Assembly: GCF_902713615.1 (NCBI RefSeq)
Contig: NW_024055843.1
Location: forward strand, 332,200-396,199
Direction of reading: 5' to 3'
Length of the DNA stretch: 64,000 nt
From: Scyliorhinus canicula
Lineage: Eukaryota
The notes under the pieces were generated by a model. It was not told where the DNA came from and did not search any database. It was given only the letters and a program-made list of their open reading frames with translations. Every line of letters begins with the position of its first letter. Position 1 is the stretch's first letter. Shown in pieces: positions 43,184-55,554 of the stretch. A program made the position numbers and the translations under genes.

Positions 43184-44023
43184 TTCGATGAGGTTTTCGT
43201 TGGTCAAACCGCATATTTCCTTCATTTCTTTGCGGCGTAGACGGCGGGATTCATTCACATTGGGTTTGCTTTGAGAAGCTGAGCTCAAAGCTGCATGGAA
43301 CCAATACGTTCCCCGAGAAGCTTGTCTATGTGTGGGCATTCACATTTCTATTGACTAATTCTGGTGGACTCAGACAGCTCTTTGTCCCTTTCATTTTATC
43401 AGTTCAACAACTTCAGACTGTGAACTCTCACTTCCCCCTCCACCACATGTTTTTTCCATCAACTTATCATTCCTTCCATTGATATGTTTTACCCTCAGCA
43501 TTGCCCACCTCCCCCCAGCCCATACCATCCTACTTCAGCAATCTGATCCCTGTTTGTAATTGTTCTCTGACACACTGCTTACCTTTGTTCTGCCATTAAC
43601 ACATTCTGACCGTTTGATGCGCCATCAGCATCTTTCTTCGCCTTGATTAGCCTAATTTACATTGCCTTTTTCTTTGTGTCCGAGACATTTTCGTCATTTC
43701 CCACCTATTGCTAGCCCTCTATCGATGCCCAATACAGCACTCCACCACCCACAATCGTCTGAATCTCCAGTTCCAGTTCTCCAGCTTTGACAAAAGTCCA
43801 TTTGACTGGAAACGACAGCTGCCATTTAGCCCCCCAGAGGCTGTCAGATCTGCTGAGATTATCCAGTATTTTCTGTTTTTGTTTCCGTTTGAAGCATCAG
43901 CAGTAAGTTGCATTTGTCATATATTTAGACATGTTTGAGATGGTGATTAAATATGTTCATTTGTAAATCGCTGAAATTCTGTTGTGGATGAAGTAGCTGC
44001 TAATATCCGAGCTGTGCCAAGAT

Positions 44024-47000
44024 CCTCCTCCTCTAACCAAAAAAAAAGTTCTGTCCGTTGGATTGCTAAACTAACAAGTTTTTTATTTTTATTTTTCAGT
44101 CGTTGGGAAGTTAGTTCAGTGGGAATGGGGGCTAGGGCAGTTGAATGTTCCTCCTGCAGAATGTGGGAGGAAAGGGTCACCTCTAGTGTCCCTGCTGACT
44201 ACATCTGCGGGAAGTGCACCCAACCCCTGCTCCTCGAGAGCCGCGTTAGGGACCTGGAGCTGGAGCTGGATGAACTTTGGATCATTCGGGAGGCGGAAGA
44301 GGTTATTGAGAGGAGTTATAGGGAGGTAGTCACACCTCAGGTAAAAGAAGAAGGTAGATAGGTTACCGTCAGGGGAGGGAGCGGGAACCGGCAGGCAGTG
44401 CAGGGATCCCCTGTGGTCGTTCCCCTCTATAACAAGTATACCGTTTTGGATACTGTTGCGGGGGACGACTTACCAGGGGTAAGCAATAGGGCACAGGTCT
44501 CTGGCACAGAGTCTGTCCCTGTTGCTCAGAAGGGAAGGGAGAAGAGGAACAGAGCACTTGTCATTGGGGAATCCATAGTTAGAGGAACAGACAGGAGGTT
44601 CTGTGGGAACGAAAGAGACTCACGGTTGGTGTGTTGCCGCCCAGGTGCCAGGGTTCGTGATGTCTCTGATCGTGTTTTGGGGATCCTTAAGGGGGAGGGG
44701 GAGCAGCCCCAAGTCGTGGTCCACATAGGTACCAACGACATAGGTAGGAAGAGAGATGTGGATTTGAGACAGAAATTCAGGGAGCTAGGGTGGAAGCTGA
44801 GAGCTAGAACAAACAGAGTTGTTATCTCTGGGTTGTTACCCGTGCCACGTGCTAGCGAAGTGAGAAATAAGGAGAGAGAGGAGTTGAACACGTGGCTACA
44901 GGGATGGTGCAGGAGGGAGGGTTTTGGTTTCCTGGATAATTGGGGCTCATTCTGGTGTGGTGGGACCTATACAAACAGGATGGTCTTCACCTGAACCAGA
45001 GGGGTACCAATATTTGCTAGTGCTCTTCGGGGGGGGGGGGGGGGGGTTAAAACTATTTCAGCAGGGGGATGGGAACCTAAATTGTAGTCCCAGTGTACAG
45101 GATGTTGAGAGTAGTGAGGTCAGGGATAGTGTTACAAGTTTGAAAGAGGGCACCGGCAAGCAAGACACTGGTTTGAAGTGTGTCTACTTCAACGCCAGGA
45201 GCATCCGGAATAAGGTGGGTGAGCTTGCAGCATGGGTTGGTACCTGGGATCTCGATGTTGTGGCGATTTCGGAGACATGGGTAGAGCAGGGACAGGAATG
45301 GTTGTCGCAGGTTCCAGGATTTGCATGTTTCTGCAAGAACAGAGAAGATGGTAAAAGAGGGGGGGGGGGTGGCATTGTTAATCAAGGAAAGTATTACGGC
45401 GGTAGAAAGGACGTTTGAGGACTCGTCTACTGAGGTAGTATGGGCCGAGGTTAGGAACAGGAGAGGAGAGGTCACTCTATTGGGAGTTGTCTATAGACCT
45501 CCGAATAGTTCCAGAGATGAGGGCAGCAGGGTAGCATGGTGGTTAGCATAAATGCTTCACAGCTCCAAGGTCCCAGGTTCGGTTCCCGGCTGGGTCACTG
45601 TCTGTGTGGAGTCTGCACGTCCTCCCCCTGTGTGCGTGGGTTTCCTCCGGGTGCTCCGGTTTCTTCCCACAGTCCAAAGATGTGCGGGTTATGTGGATTG
45701 GCCATGCTAAATTGCCCGTAGTGTCCTAATGAAAGTAAGGTTAAGGGGGATGTTGTTGGGTTACGGGTATAGGGTGGATACGTGGGTTTGAGTAGGGTGA
45801 TCATGGCTCGGCACAACATTAAGGGCCGAAGGGGCTGTACTGTTCTATGTTCATGTAGAGGAAAGGATTGCAAATATGATTCTCGACAGGAGCGAGAGTA
45901 ACAGGGTAGTTGTTATGGGGGACCGTTAACTTTCCAAGTATTGACTGGAAATACTATAGTTCGAGTACTATAGATGGGTCAGTTTTTGCACAGTGTGTGC
46001 AGGAGGGTTTTCTGACACAGTATGTAGACAGGCCAACAAGGGGCGAGGCCACATTGGGTTTGGTACTGGGTAATACACCCGGCCAGGTGTTAGATTTAGA
46101 TGTAGGTGAGCACTTTGGTGATAGTGATCACAACTCGGTTATGTTTACTTTAGCAATGGGCAGGGAAAGGTATATACCGCAAGGCAAGAATTATAGCTGG
46201 GGGAAAGGCAATTATGATGCTATTCGACAAGATTTAGGATGTATAGGATGGGGAAGGAAACTGCAGGGGATGGGTACAATCGAAATGTGGAGCTTTTTCA
46301 AGGAACAGCTACTGCGTGTCCTTGGTAAGTATGTACCTGTCAGGCAGCGAGGAAGTTGTCGAGCAAGGGAACCGTGGTTTACTAAGGAAGTTGAAGCACT
46401 TGTCAAGAGGAAGAAGACGGCTTATGTTAGGATGAGACATGAAGGCTCAGTTAGGGCACTTGAGAGTTACAAGTTAGCCAGGAAGGACCTAAAAGGGAGA
46501 GTTAAGAAGAGCGAGGAGAGGACACGAAAAGTCGTTGGCGGATAGGATCAAGGAAAACCCTAAGGCTTTCTATAGGTATATCAGGAACAAAAGAATGACG
46601 AGAGTAAGATTAGGGCCAATCAAGGATAGCAGTGGAAAGTTGTGTGTGGAATCAGAGGAGATAGGGGAAGCGTTAAATGGATATTTTTCGTCAGTGTTTA
46701 CACTGGAGAAAGACAATGTTGTCGAGGAGAACACTCAGGTTCAGTCGACCAGGCTAGATAGAATTGAGGTTCAAAAGGAGGAGGTGTTAGCAATTTTGGA
46801 AAATGTCAAAATAGATAAGTCCCCTGGGCCAGATGTGATTTATCCAAGGATTCTCTGGAAAGCCAGGGAGGAGATTGCAGAGCCTCTGTCCTTGATCTTT
46901 ATGTCGTCTTTGTCGACAGGAATAGTGCCGGTAGACTGGAGGATAGGAAATGTTGTCCCCTTGTTAAAGAAGGGGAGCAGAGACAACCCTGGTAATTATA

Positions 47001-48371
47001 GACCTGTGAGCCTTACTTCGGTTGTGCGTAAAATGTTGGAAAAGGTTATAAGAGATAGGGTTTATAATCATCTTGAAAAGAACAAGTTGATTAGCGATAG
47101 TCAACACGGTTTTGTGAAGGGTAGGTCATGCCTCACAAACCTTATTGAGTTTTTTGAGAAGGTGACCAAACAGGTGGATGAGGGTAAAGCGGTTGATGTG
47201 ATGTATATGGATTTCAGTAAGGCGTTTGATAAGGTTCCCCACGGTAGGCTATTGCAGAAAATAAGGAAGTATGGGATTGAAGGTGATTTAGCGGTTTGGA
47301 TCAGTAATTGGCTAGCTGAAAGAAGACAGAGGGTGGTGGTTGATGGCAAATGTTCATCCTGGAGTTCAGTTACTAGTGGTGTACCGCAAGGATCTGTTTT
47401 GGGGCCACTGCTGTTTGTCATTTTTATAAATGACCTGGAAGAGGGTGTAGAAGGATGGGTTAGTAAATTTGCAGATGACACGAAGGTCGGTGGAGTTGTG
47501 GATAGTGCTGAAGGATGTTATAGGATACAGAGGGACATAGATAAGCTGCAGAGCTGGGCTGAGAGGTGGCAGATGGAGTTTAATGCGGAAAAGTGTGAGG
47601 TGGTTCACTTTGGAAGGAGTAACAGGAATGCAGAGTACTGGGCTAATGGCAAGATTCTTGGTAGTGTAGATGAACAGAGAGATCTCGGCATCCAGGTACA
47701 TAAATCCCTGAAAGTTGCCACCCAGGTTAATAGGGCTGTTAAGAAGGCATATGGAGTGCTAGCGTTTATCAGCAGGGGGATTGAGTTTCGGAGCCACAAG
47801 GTCATGCTGCAGCTGTACATAACTCTGGTGCGGCCGCACCTGGAGTACTGCGTGCAGTTCTGGTCACCACATTATAGGAAGGATGTGGAAGCTTTGGAAA
47901 GGGTTCAGAGGAGATTCACTAGGATGTTGCCTGGTATGGAGGGAAGGTCTTACGAGGAAAGGCTCAGGGACTTGAGGTTGTTTTCGTTAGAGAGGAGAAG
48001 GCTGAGAGGTGACTTAATAGAGACATACAAGATAGTCAGAGGGTTAGATAGGGTGGACAGTGAGAGTCTTTTGCCTCGGATGGTGATGACCAACACGAGG
48101 GGACGTAGCTTTAAATTGAGGGGTTATAGATATAGGACAGATGTCAGAGGCAGTTTCTTTACTCAGAGAGTAGTAGGGGTGTGGAACGCCCTGCCTGCAA
48201 CAGTAGTAGACTCGCCAACTTTAAGGGCATTTAAGTGGTCACTAGATAGACATATGGATGTAAATGGAATAGTGTAGGTCAGATAGGCTTCAGATGGTTT
48301 CACAGGTCGGCGCAACATCGAGGGCCGAAGGGCCCGTACTGCGCTGTAGTGTTCTATGTTCTATGTTCTAT
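44024..48371 (+). mobile_element. Near full-length CR1/HER1-type LINE (ORF1 about 44125-44994, ORF2 about 45170-48277), inactivated
   Basis: ORF1 has CxxC..CxxC plus an SGNH-esterase-like part (VIGESIV, VHIGTNDI) with an internal stop. ORF2 has APE motifs, an HE1 insertion (45521-45852) and frameshifts, and a 580-aa open RT part at 46535-48277 (FADD). (TTCTATG)n tail. Confidence 0.95.
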
Positions 48372-48372
48372 C

Positions 48373-50300
48373 ACCCACAGCCAGTACTGCCAGTTCTGCC
48401 CCACAGCCATCACTGCCAGTGCTTACCGACAGCCAGTGTTGCTCGTTCTGGTTGATTGTGCTTAACACTCGATTTGGCTCTGTTTCGTTACTTAGCTTTG
48501 GAGTTGCCAGGTATCGTAAGATACCGCCTCAAGTTTCAAGGTCAAGTTCAAAGCAATAAAACTATACACCAATTAGTAAGTTCAAACAAATGAGTTTATT
48601 ATAATACAGTTATAAACTACTCGTGCACATGCTAAGATGATTAAACTATTCCTACCACTAAATAGACCAATACTTATCTGAATAAGGAACTGCCGGATCA
48701 GGGGAACAATGGCCTCTTGCTCTGCACTGTGTCCGCAGACTTCAGGTTGATACAGGTTAAAAGGGGTCAGCAGTGTCTATCTCTGGTAGCGATCGTTGTG
48801 AGACACTTACTTGCTGGTGGCTGCTGTCCGAACCTCTCCTCTCTCTCGGTCAAGGTCTTCTTCGGTAAAGGCTGGTCGAGAGGGCTGGTCAAGAGAGGAG
48901 GGCTGGTCTAGAAGAACGAACTAAGTTTGGGACCTGTCTTTTATAGGTCCTAGGTCTTCGCGCCCTTTTGGGCGGTCCCTTTTCCTGCTGGGAATCGATT
49001 GGGTCTCTTCCCAATCGATTTGTTTGAATCACCCCAATACTGAGGCTGTCCCTCTGTTACTGGGCGGGCCTTCAGCTGCTTTGTTTTCGAATCCCGCTGG
49101 TGCCGGGGTGTCTGGTTTCTCATACACTATTGCAATGACTTCCCGATCTGTGTCCATTGTCCCTGGGATCGTTCCATTACTATGTTAACTATCCCGGAGA
49201 TTGGCTCATTAGTATGCGGAATGTTCGTTTCGGTGCTGTCTGCTCTCTTAGCAGACAGAATACACAGTGGCTTGTTGCGGCCTGCTTGTGCTGCAAACTT
49301 TGTCCATTTTACCCTGCAAGCTTTGCATTCCTCCATTTTGTATTGAGGGAATGCCCAACTTCGGTGGCTACACCAGAATTGCCAGTGCTCCCCTGACAGC
49401 CAGCACTGCAAGTGCCCCCCCCCCCCCCCACAGCCAGCGCTGTCAGTGCTCCCTCCCCACAGCCAGAACTGCCAGTGCTCCCCTACAGCCAGCACTGCCA
49501 GTGCTCCCGTCCCACAGCCAGCACTGCTCGTGCTCCCCAAAGCCAGCACTGCCAGTCCTCCCCCACACCAATCAGTACCAGTGCTCCCCCCACAGCCTGC
49601 ACTGCTAGTGTTCCCCCACAGCCAGCATTGCCAGTGCTCCCCCACAGCCATCAGTAACAGTGCTCCCCCACAACCAGCACTGGAAGAGCCACCCCCCACA
49701 GCCAGCACTGCCAGTGCTCCCACCCACAGCCGACGCTGCCAGAGCCAACCCCAGTCAGCACATCCAGTGCTCCCACCCACAGCCTGCACTGCCAGTGCTC
49801 CCCCACAGCCAGCACTGCCAGTGCTCCCCCCCACACAGCCAGCACTGTCAGTACCCCCACAGCCACCACTGTCAGTACCCCCACCTCAGCCAGCACTGTC
49901 AGTACCCCCCCACAGCTAGCACTGCCAGTGCACCTCACCACAGCCAGCACTGCCAGTGCCCCTCCCCACAGCCAGCACTGCCAGTGCCCTCCCACAGCCA
50001 GCACTGCCAGTGCCCCCCCCCCCACAGCCAGCACTACCAGTGCTCACCGTCACAGCCAGTACTGCCAGTGCTCACCGCCACAGCCAGTACTGCCAGTGCT
50101 CCCCCGCAACCAGCAGTGCCAGTGCACCTCCCCCACAGCCAGCACTGCCGGTGCTCCCCCCACAGCCAGCACTGCCAGTGCACCTCCCCCACAGCCAGCA
50201 CTACCAGTGCTCCCCGCCACAGCCAGCACTGCCAGTGCTCCCCCCACACAGCCAGCATTGCCAGTGCCACCCCACAGCCAGCACTGCCAGTGTCCCACCC
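48373..50300. repeat. About 24-28-bp minisatellite (ccacagccagcactgccagtgctccc)n, split by a solo LTR
   Basis: Units at 48373-48436 and 49377-50300. Confidence 0.9.
48437..49372 (-). mobile_element. Solo LTR (Gypsy-like), 936 bp
   Basis: TG...CA ends with inverted termini TGTTGC/GCTACA and 4-bp TSD ccag/ccag. Minus-strand TATAAAA near 48945 and AATAAA near 48598. Confidence 0.75.
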
Positions 50301-50301
50301 A

Positions 50302-50604
50302 CAGCTGATTGGCTGAGTGGCTGTCAATCAGCGGCTGGAGCTGCAGATTGGCTGAGAGGCTGTCAGTCAGCGGCTGGAGCTGCTGATTGGCTGAGAGGCT
50401 GTGTGTCAGCGGTTGGAGCTGCTGATTGGCTGAGAGGCTGTCAGTCAGAGGCTGATGCTGCTGATTGGCTGAGAGACTGTCAGTCAGCGGCTGGAGCTGC
50501 TGGTTGGCTGAGAGGTTGTCGGTCAGAGGCTGGAGCTGCTGATTGGCTGAGAGGCTGTCAGTCAGCGGCTGGAGCTGCTGATTGGCTGAGAGGCTGTCAG
50601 TCAG
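50302..50604. repeat. 39-bp tandem repeat x8, each with a CCAAT-box (7 of 8 exact)
   Basis: agctgctgattggctgagaggctgtcagtcagcggctgg. Confidence 0.92.
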
Positions 50605-53600
50605 GTTGATTTACTCATTAATTTAATAATTGATGTAACCGGATATTTCACCGCGATCTTGATCTGCACCCTGAACCTGGACTGAGTCACCACATAAATA
50701 AATGTGTTTGTGCAGCAATTGAAGTCCCGCAGCATAAATCCGACTTGTTGCAAATTATATTGAGGATCGGTGAGGTAATAAACATCTGACAAATCCAGAT
50801 AGAAAAATTTAATAACAGACACGGTCCAGAGGAGAATGAAAGCTCCGGAGATGCTGAAGAGTAAAATCATTGACTTCCTTCTGCTCTCCATCTCTGGATC
50901 TGTGCGATTGTCTCCCTGACTCTGAACCCTCAGTGCCTTCCGGACCCGACTGGTGAGTAAAATGTGTATGACTGTCAGGGCGTTGGTCAACAGGATTGAG
51001 AAGAATGGGATCAATGGGGTTAAAACCTGATCAAACCAGGAATATCCAACCCATCCCGGGTCAGTGAAATAGCTGCTCTTTGTATGACAGCCCCATTGGA
51101 CATTGTCGATTATCGTCACAGGTTCATATATAAAGTACAGGGGGATGTTTTTCACACAGAGCAGGATGCTGCTTGTGGACAGAACCACACCCGCAGTTTT
51201 ACCGGTACAATATTTAGTTTTCAGTTTCTGGCAGCGAATGGCCACAAATCGATCAAAGGAGAAAGTGAGGGTGAACCAGACAGAACAGTCCTTGGCTGCA
51301 GACAGCAGGACAGATTTAACACGGCACACAGGGGTGAGGGACAGGAAATTCAGAGGAAAGTAATAAACATTGATCCTGTTAAGTATGGCTTTAGTGATAA
51401 TATACAGCAGATCCGCCGTTGCCATGGCCACCAGGTAGCGAGTGGTGCAGGTAGAGAGACCACACTTCCCCCGACACAGAATCACAATTCCCAGTAAATG
51501 AACTGTCAGAGAGAGAAAGGAGAGACGCGGGAAATTACTGGATAATCGATCTCCCTGTCTGAACATAATCTCAGCATCAATATTCTCGACAGTGGGTGGG
51601 TGGGGGTGTTGGGACAGGAGTGGGCACAGAGATTAACATTGCAGAGAGGGAAGTAGCAAATGTAACTCCAGTGTTAAAGATGGGGAATGGGGGGAAAAGT
51701 GTGGATTGCAGCCCTGTCAGTTTGATGGCAGTGGTAGGAAAATGTTTATAATTCAGACACCTTTGGGAGAGGTTACATTTCTCATTTAGTCTGATTTATA
51801 GGATTCACTCATGCCGGCCAGGTTTCCCAAACCGGATACAAACATACCAGAGATTGTCATCCCTGCTCAGTTATTGGACCAAACCCCGGATTGGACCGTT
51901 CCCTGGACTGGGTTTCTGATGGGGTTGGACCCCACTCCTCGTTCATTTGAATCCTACACGATCAATGGAAAAATAAAACAAACGCAGGACCTCCCCACTT
52001 CATAATCATGGGAGAAATAGAAATATAGAATGTATAGTGCAAAAAGAGGCCATTCAGCCCATCAAGTCTGCACCGGCCCTTGGAAAGTAAACACCAGTTA
52101 AGACCACCCCATCCCCATAACCCAGTGACTTCATCTAAATTGTTTGGAAACTAAACACAATTTATCATGGCCAATCCACCAAACCGGCACATCTTTGGAC
52201 TGTGGGAGGAAACCTGAGCACCCGGAGGAAACCCACGCAGACACGGGGAGAACTGCAGTCTCTACACAAAGACCAAAGGTAGGAATTCATTCAGGGGCCC
52301 TGGTGCTGTGAGGCAGCAGTGCAAACCACTGTGTCACTGTGCCAACCAATGTCATTGGGAAGGGAGAGAACAGGATAAAGCGGATGGGATTAAGAGAGAA
52401 AGAAATGATCTTGCTGGGCTGGAACAGGCCGAAATAATGTGTCTACTGGGAGTTTCCTGTTTGTGAATTTTGGGAAGGAGGTAGAAGCGGGAGGTTGATG
52501 CAGGATGTGTGGGGTTGTGGGACTATGATGTCCGAGGCTGTGGACAGAGGATATCCAGAGCCAATGAGGTCAGTGAGTATCCTGGGAACAATATCATGAT
52601 GTTTGGTGGTGTGCTGCTGGTTCAGGAGGGGGTAGCAGGATGGGCCTGAGAGTTGACGGTCAGTCTCTGTGAGGAATGAGTCAGTACAACAGACAATAAT
52701 GGTACCACCCTTGTGGGTCGCTCAGGTCACCAGGTCAGGGTTGGATATTAGAGAGAGGATTGGAACAAGTTTCCAGTGAGTCAGGATAGAGTTGGTGAGA
52801 GGCACAGAGAAATTGAGACGGTCGATGTCGCACTGACAGATCTCAATGAAAAGATCAAGAGCTGATAGGAGGCCAGAGGGTGGGGTCCGGGTAGAGGGAG
52901 ATTACTGGAGGCAGATGGATTTCAGCAACCAATATTCATAAAATAGACAGTGAGAAACAGCAGAGACAATATTATCTACTCACTGATCACCATCAGAATA
53001 ATTGCCAAAGAATTGAAAAGCAGAGGTCGGTCTCTGTTATTCTTGAATTTAGAACAGAATATAATAAAATCTTCCAGTCACAATGTCAACAGTAGGAAAA
53101 ATAGAATTAGAAGTCTGAGTGAAAGAAATCCAGTAACACAGAGTCTACTAAATAGTCGGCACATATTCCAAAGTCAACATCATTCCTGACATGTTTCATC
53201 CAATTATTGTAATAACTATCAGAAATAATAAATCTGAGTAGTATAATAGATGTTAAACAATTTGAGTTTCTAAAGGCCGTCAGTAAAATCCAACATAACA
53301 GACTGATGAGTAATCTCAGAGCCAGTGGAGTTAGGGGATACAGCAGCAGAATGGACACATGCTGGCGACACACACACAAAACAGGGAGAGGAGGCAAAGG
53401 GATTTAGGCTAATTGGTGGAAGGTGGGAGGTGGTGTTCCACAAGGATCAGCACTGGGATCATTCTCCTTCACCATTCCCATCATCAGTATGGAATCGGGA
53501 AGCAGAAAGATAATTACACAATTTACAGACAAAATCAAATTGAGAGTGATAGTGAATGCAGAGGAAGAATACAACTAATTACAAGAACACATTATCAGTA

Positions 53601-55172
53601 ATTATGAATTTGCAAAGTGGGTATTTCAATGGGAAATTAATTTCCCGACAGTCAGTGTCCGCTGCTGCATTTTGATCAGAACAATAAGTCCCGCAATTAC
53701 TCCTTGGAAAACAAGTGTTTGAATGAACTGGAGGGGTTTCTGGGTTCAGGTGAATAGATTCACAAATCGTGTGAAGCAGAAACACAGTTTAAAAACACCC
53801 ATAAAAATTGCTCAAACATGTGAGTTCATTTCAGAATGAATAGAAATGAGAAAATATCACAAAACGTATTGGAATACTGCACTGTTGTGGGTTTTATGAA
53901 ATATTGAAGTTTGGGTCATGTTTGTTCCTGTTGGAGTAGGTCAATAGAAAACAGAAATAGGGACATTTCACTTCATACAATAAATATCAAACATCTTCAA
54001 AACCCAGCCAAACGGGCTGGTTTAGCTCACTTGGGGCTGGTTTAGCTCACTGGGCTAAATCGCTGGCTTTTAAAGCAGACCAAGCAGGCCAAACAGCACG
54101 GTTCGATTCCCGTACCAGCCTCCCCGGACAGGCGCCGGAATGTGGCGACTAGGGACTTTTCACAGTGACCTCATTGAAGCCTACTCGTGACAATAAGCGA
54201 TTTTCATTTTCATTTCATTTTCAAACTCTTCCTGTTTTCAACCTATTCCAAAGTTAAAACTCACAGAGAGAACTCCACAGAATGGAGCGACAACTCACCA
54301 ATAAAATACATCATTTCAAAATAGATCCAACTAATGTCAGTCCAGTTACTGACCCACACACAATACAATTCCACATGGACAGATAGCCCCAGTAATAGAG
54401 AGATAATTAGATCAGATATTCCACTCTGGTGAGAGACCCACACTCAGTACAATTCCACACTGACAGATACTTCCAGTAATCCTTGTTCCCGCTGTCAGAT
54501 ATTCCACTCTGGTGAGAGACCCACACTCAGTACAATTCTACATTGACAGATACTTCCAGTAATCCTTGTTCCCGCTGTCAGACATTCCACTCTTGTTAGA
54601 GACCCACACTCAGTAGAATTCTACACTGACAGATACTTCCAGTAATCCTTGTTCCCGCTGTCAGACATTCCTCTCTTGTTAGAGACCCACACTCAGTAGA
54701 ATTCTACACTGACAGATACTTCCAGTAACACTTCCTCACAGCTGTCAGATATTCCACTCTGGTTAGTTACCCACACGCAGTCTGTTTTAATTCTTTCTCT
54801 TCCTAAACTTCCCATCAGATAAATTTCCTTCACTGAGATCCAATCTAACATTATACAAGATCCAACTCAATATAATAACTTCACCGGTCAGAGATCCAGT
54901 GAGTAACAAACAGAGGTTTATTGTGATTTGATGGAAGGAATTCAAACCATTGACATACTTAAAGACATTTGACAATTATATAGTTGATCAGGTGGCTGTA
55001 TAACAGTGAGCACGAGATCGGGATTAAACATTTTCACTCAGAGTTTCAAATCAGAGAGCCGCTCACACACAGATTTACACAAGTTCAATGGTGATAGTCA
55101 CTTACCAGAAACACCAACGATAGCAACGATTGGGTAGAATATTTTCTCAACCATTTGAATTGGAAGATGCAT
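50601..55172 (-). CDS. Class A orphan GPCR, GPR139/GPR142-like (exon 1 55106-55172, exon 2 50601-51502; 322 aa)
   Basis: Exon 1 MHLPIQMVEKIFYPIVAIVGVS-G|gtaag joins in phase to the ctgacag acceptor. ILCRGKCGLS..TRYLVAMATADLL, FSFDRFVAI, LTPLIPF, CTNTFIY, with seven hydrophobic segments and no stops. Confidence 0.9.
52400..52900 (-). mobile_element. Decayed Penelope-like fragment in GPCR intron
   Basis: Resembles the Penelope RT-proximal region (gtgacctgagcgacc, acttgttccaatcctctc). Assignment by recall only. Confidence 0.4.
53150..53470 (+). mobile_element. Decayed CR1 RT fragment in GPCR intron
   Basis: aaggccgtcagtaaaatccaacataacagactgatgag...ggtgttccacaaggatcagcactggg (GVPQGS). Confidence 0.55.
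54351..54780. repeat. 83-bp tandem repeat, about 5 copies, in GPCR intron
   Basis: gacccacact starts at 54435, 54518, 54601, 54684. Confidence 0.9.
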
Positions 55173-55554
55173 TGTCAGTGTGAAGTGATGTGTCCTTTCG
55201 TGCGGGTGTCAGTCTCTGTGTCTGAAATAAGCGATTTTAATTTCATTTTATTTTCAAACTCCGAGGTTATATATTCCCAAAGCATTTAATTTATACCCTG
55301 GGGAACCACCTCAGGGATATTGAGGTTGTGAAATCGTTCTAGTTATGATTCGAAATATATGAACAAACAACTTACGATATTGTGTTCAGTGAAAGAAAAT
55401 ATTATTTTTTGAGTGAGTGACCACTTTCCAAACACTGAACTGTGTTAATCACATTGTTCAGCTAACATTAACAGAACGGATGCTGTCCACTCAGACACCA
55501 TCAGTCCCATCTCTAGATCTCAGATAGTTACAGTGATAACCCTCACACCACTTT

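Noticed and set aside
44526-47820. Antisense ORFs within CR1 elements (also 61428-63711, 33983-34937)
   Set aside because: Shadow frames of LINE coding sequence.
49377-50300. Cryptic RSS array (CACAGCC in each minisatellite unit)
   Set aside because: No A-rich nonamer at 12 or 23 bp.
49127-50609. Overlapping 80-235-aa ORFs on both strands
   Set aside because: Products of the minisatellite and 39-bp repeat. All frames are open, with no coding signature.
51503-51566. GPCR start MFRQGDRL... from the ORF track
   Set aside because: Lies in a polypyrimidine tract/acceptor. The upstream exon at 55106-55172 supplies the expected first half of TM1.
9590-54225. tRNA-like heads of SINEs as tRNA genes
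   Set aside because: They continue into SINE bodies and tails and do not form cloverleaves with an acceptor stem.
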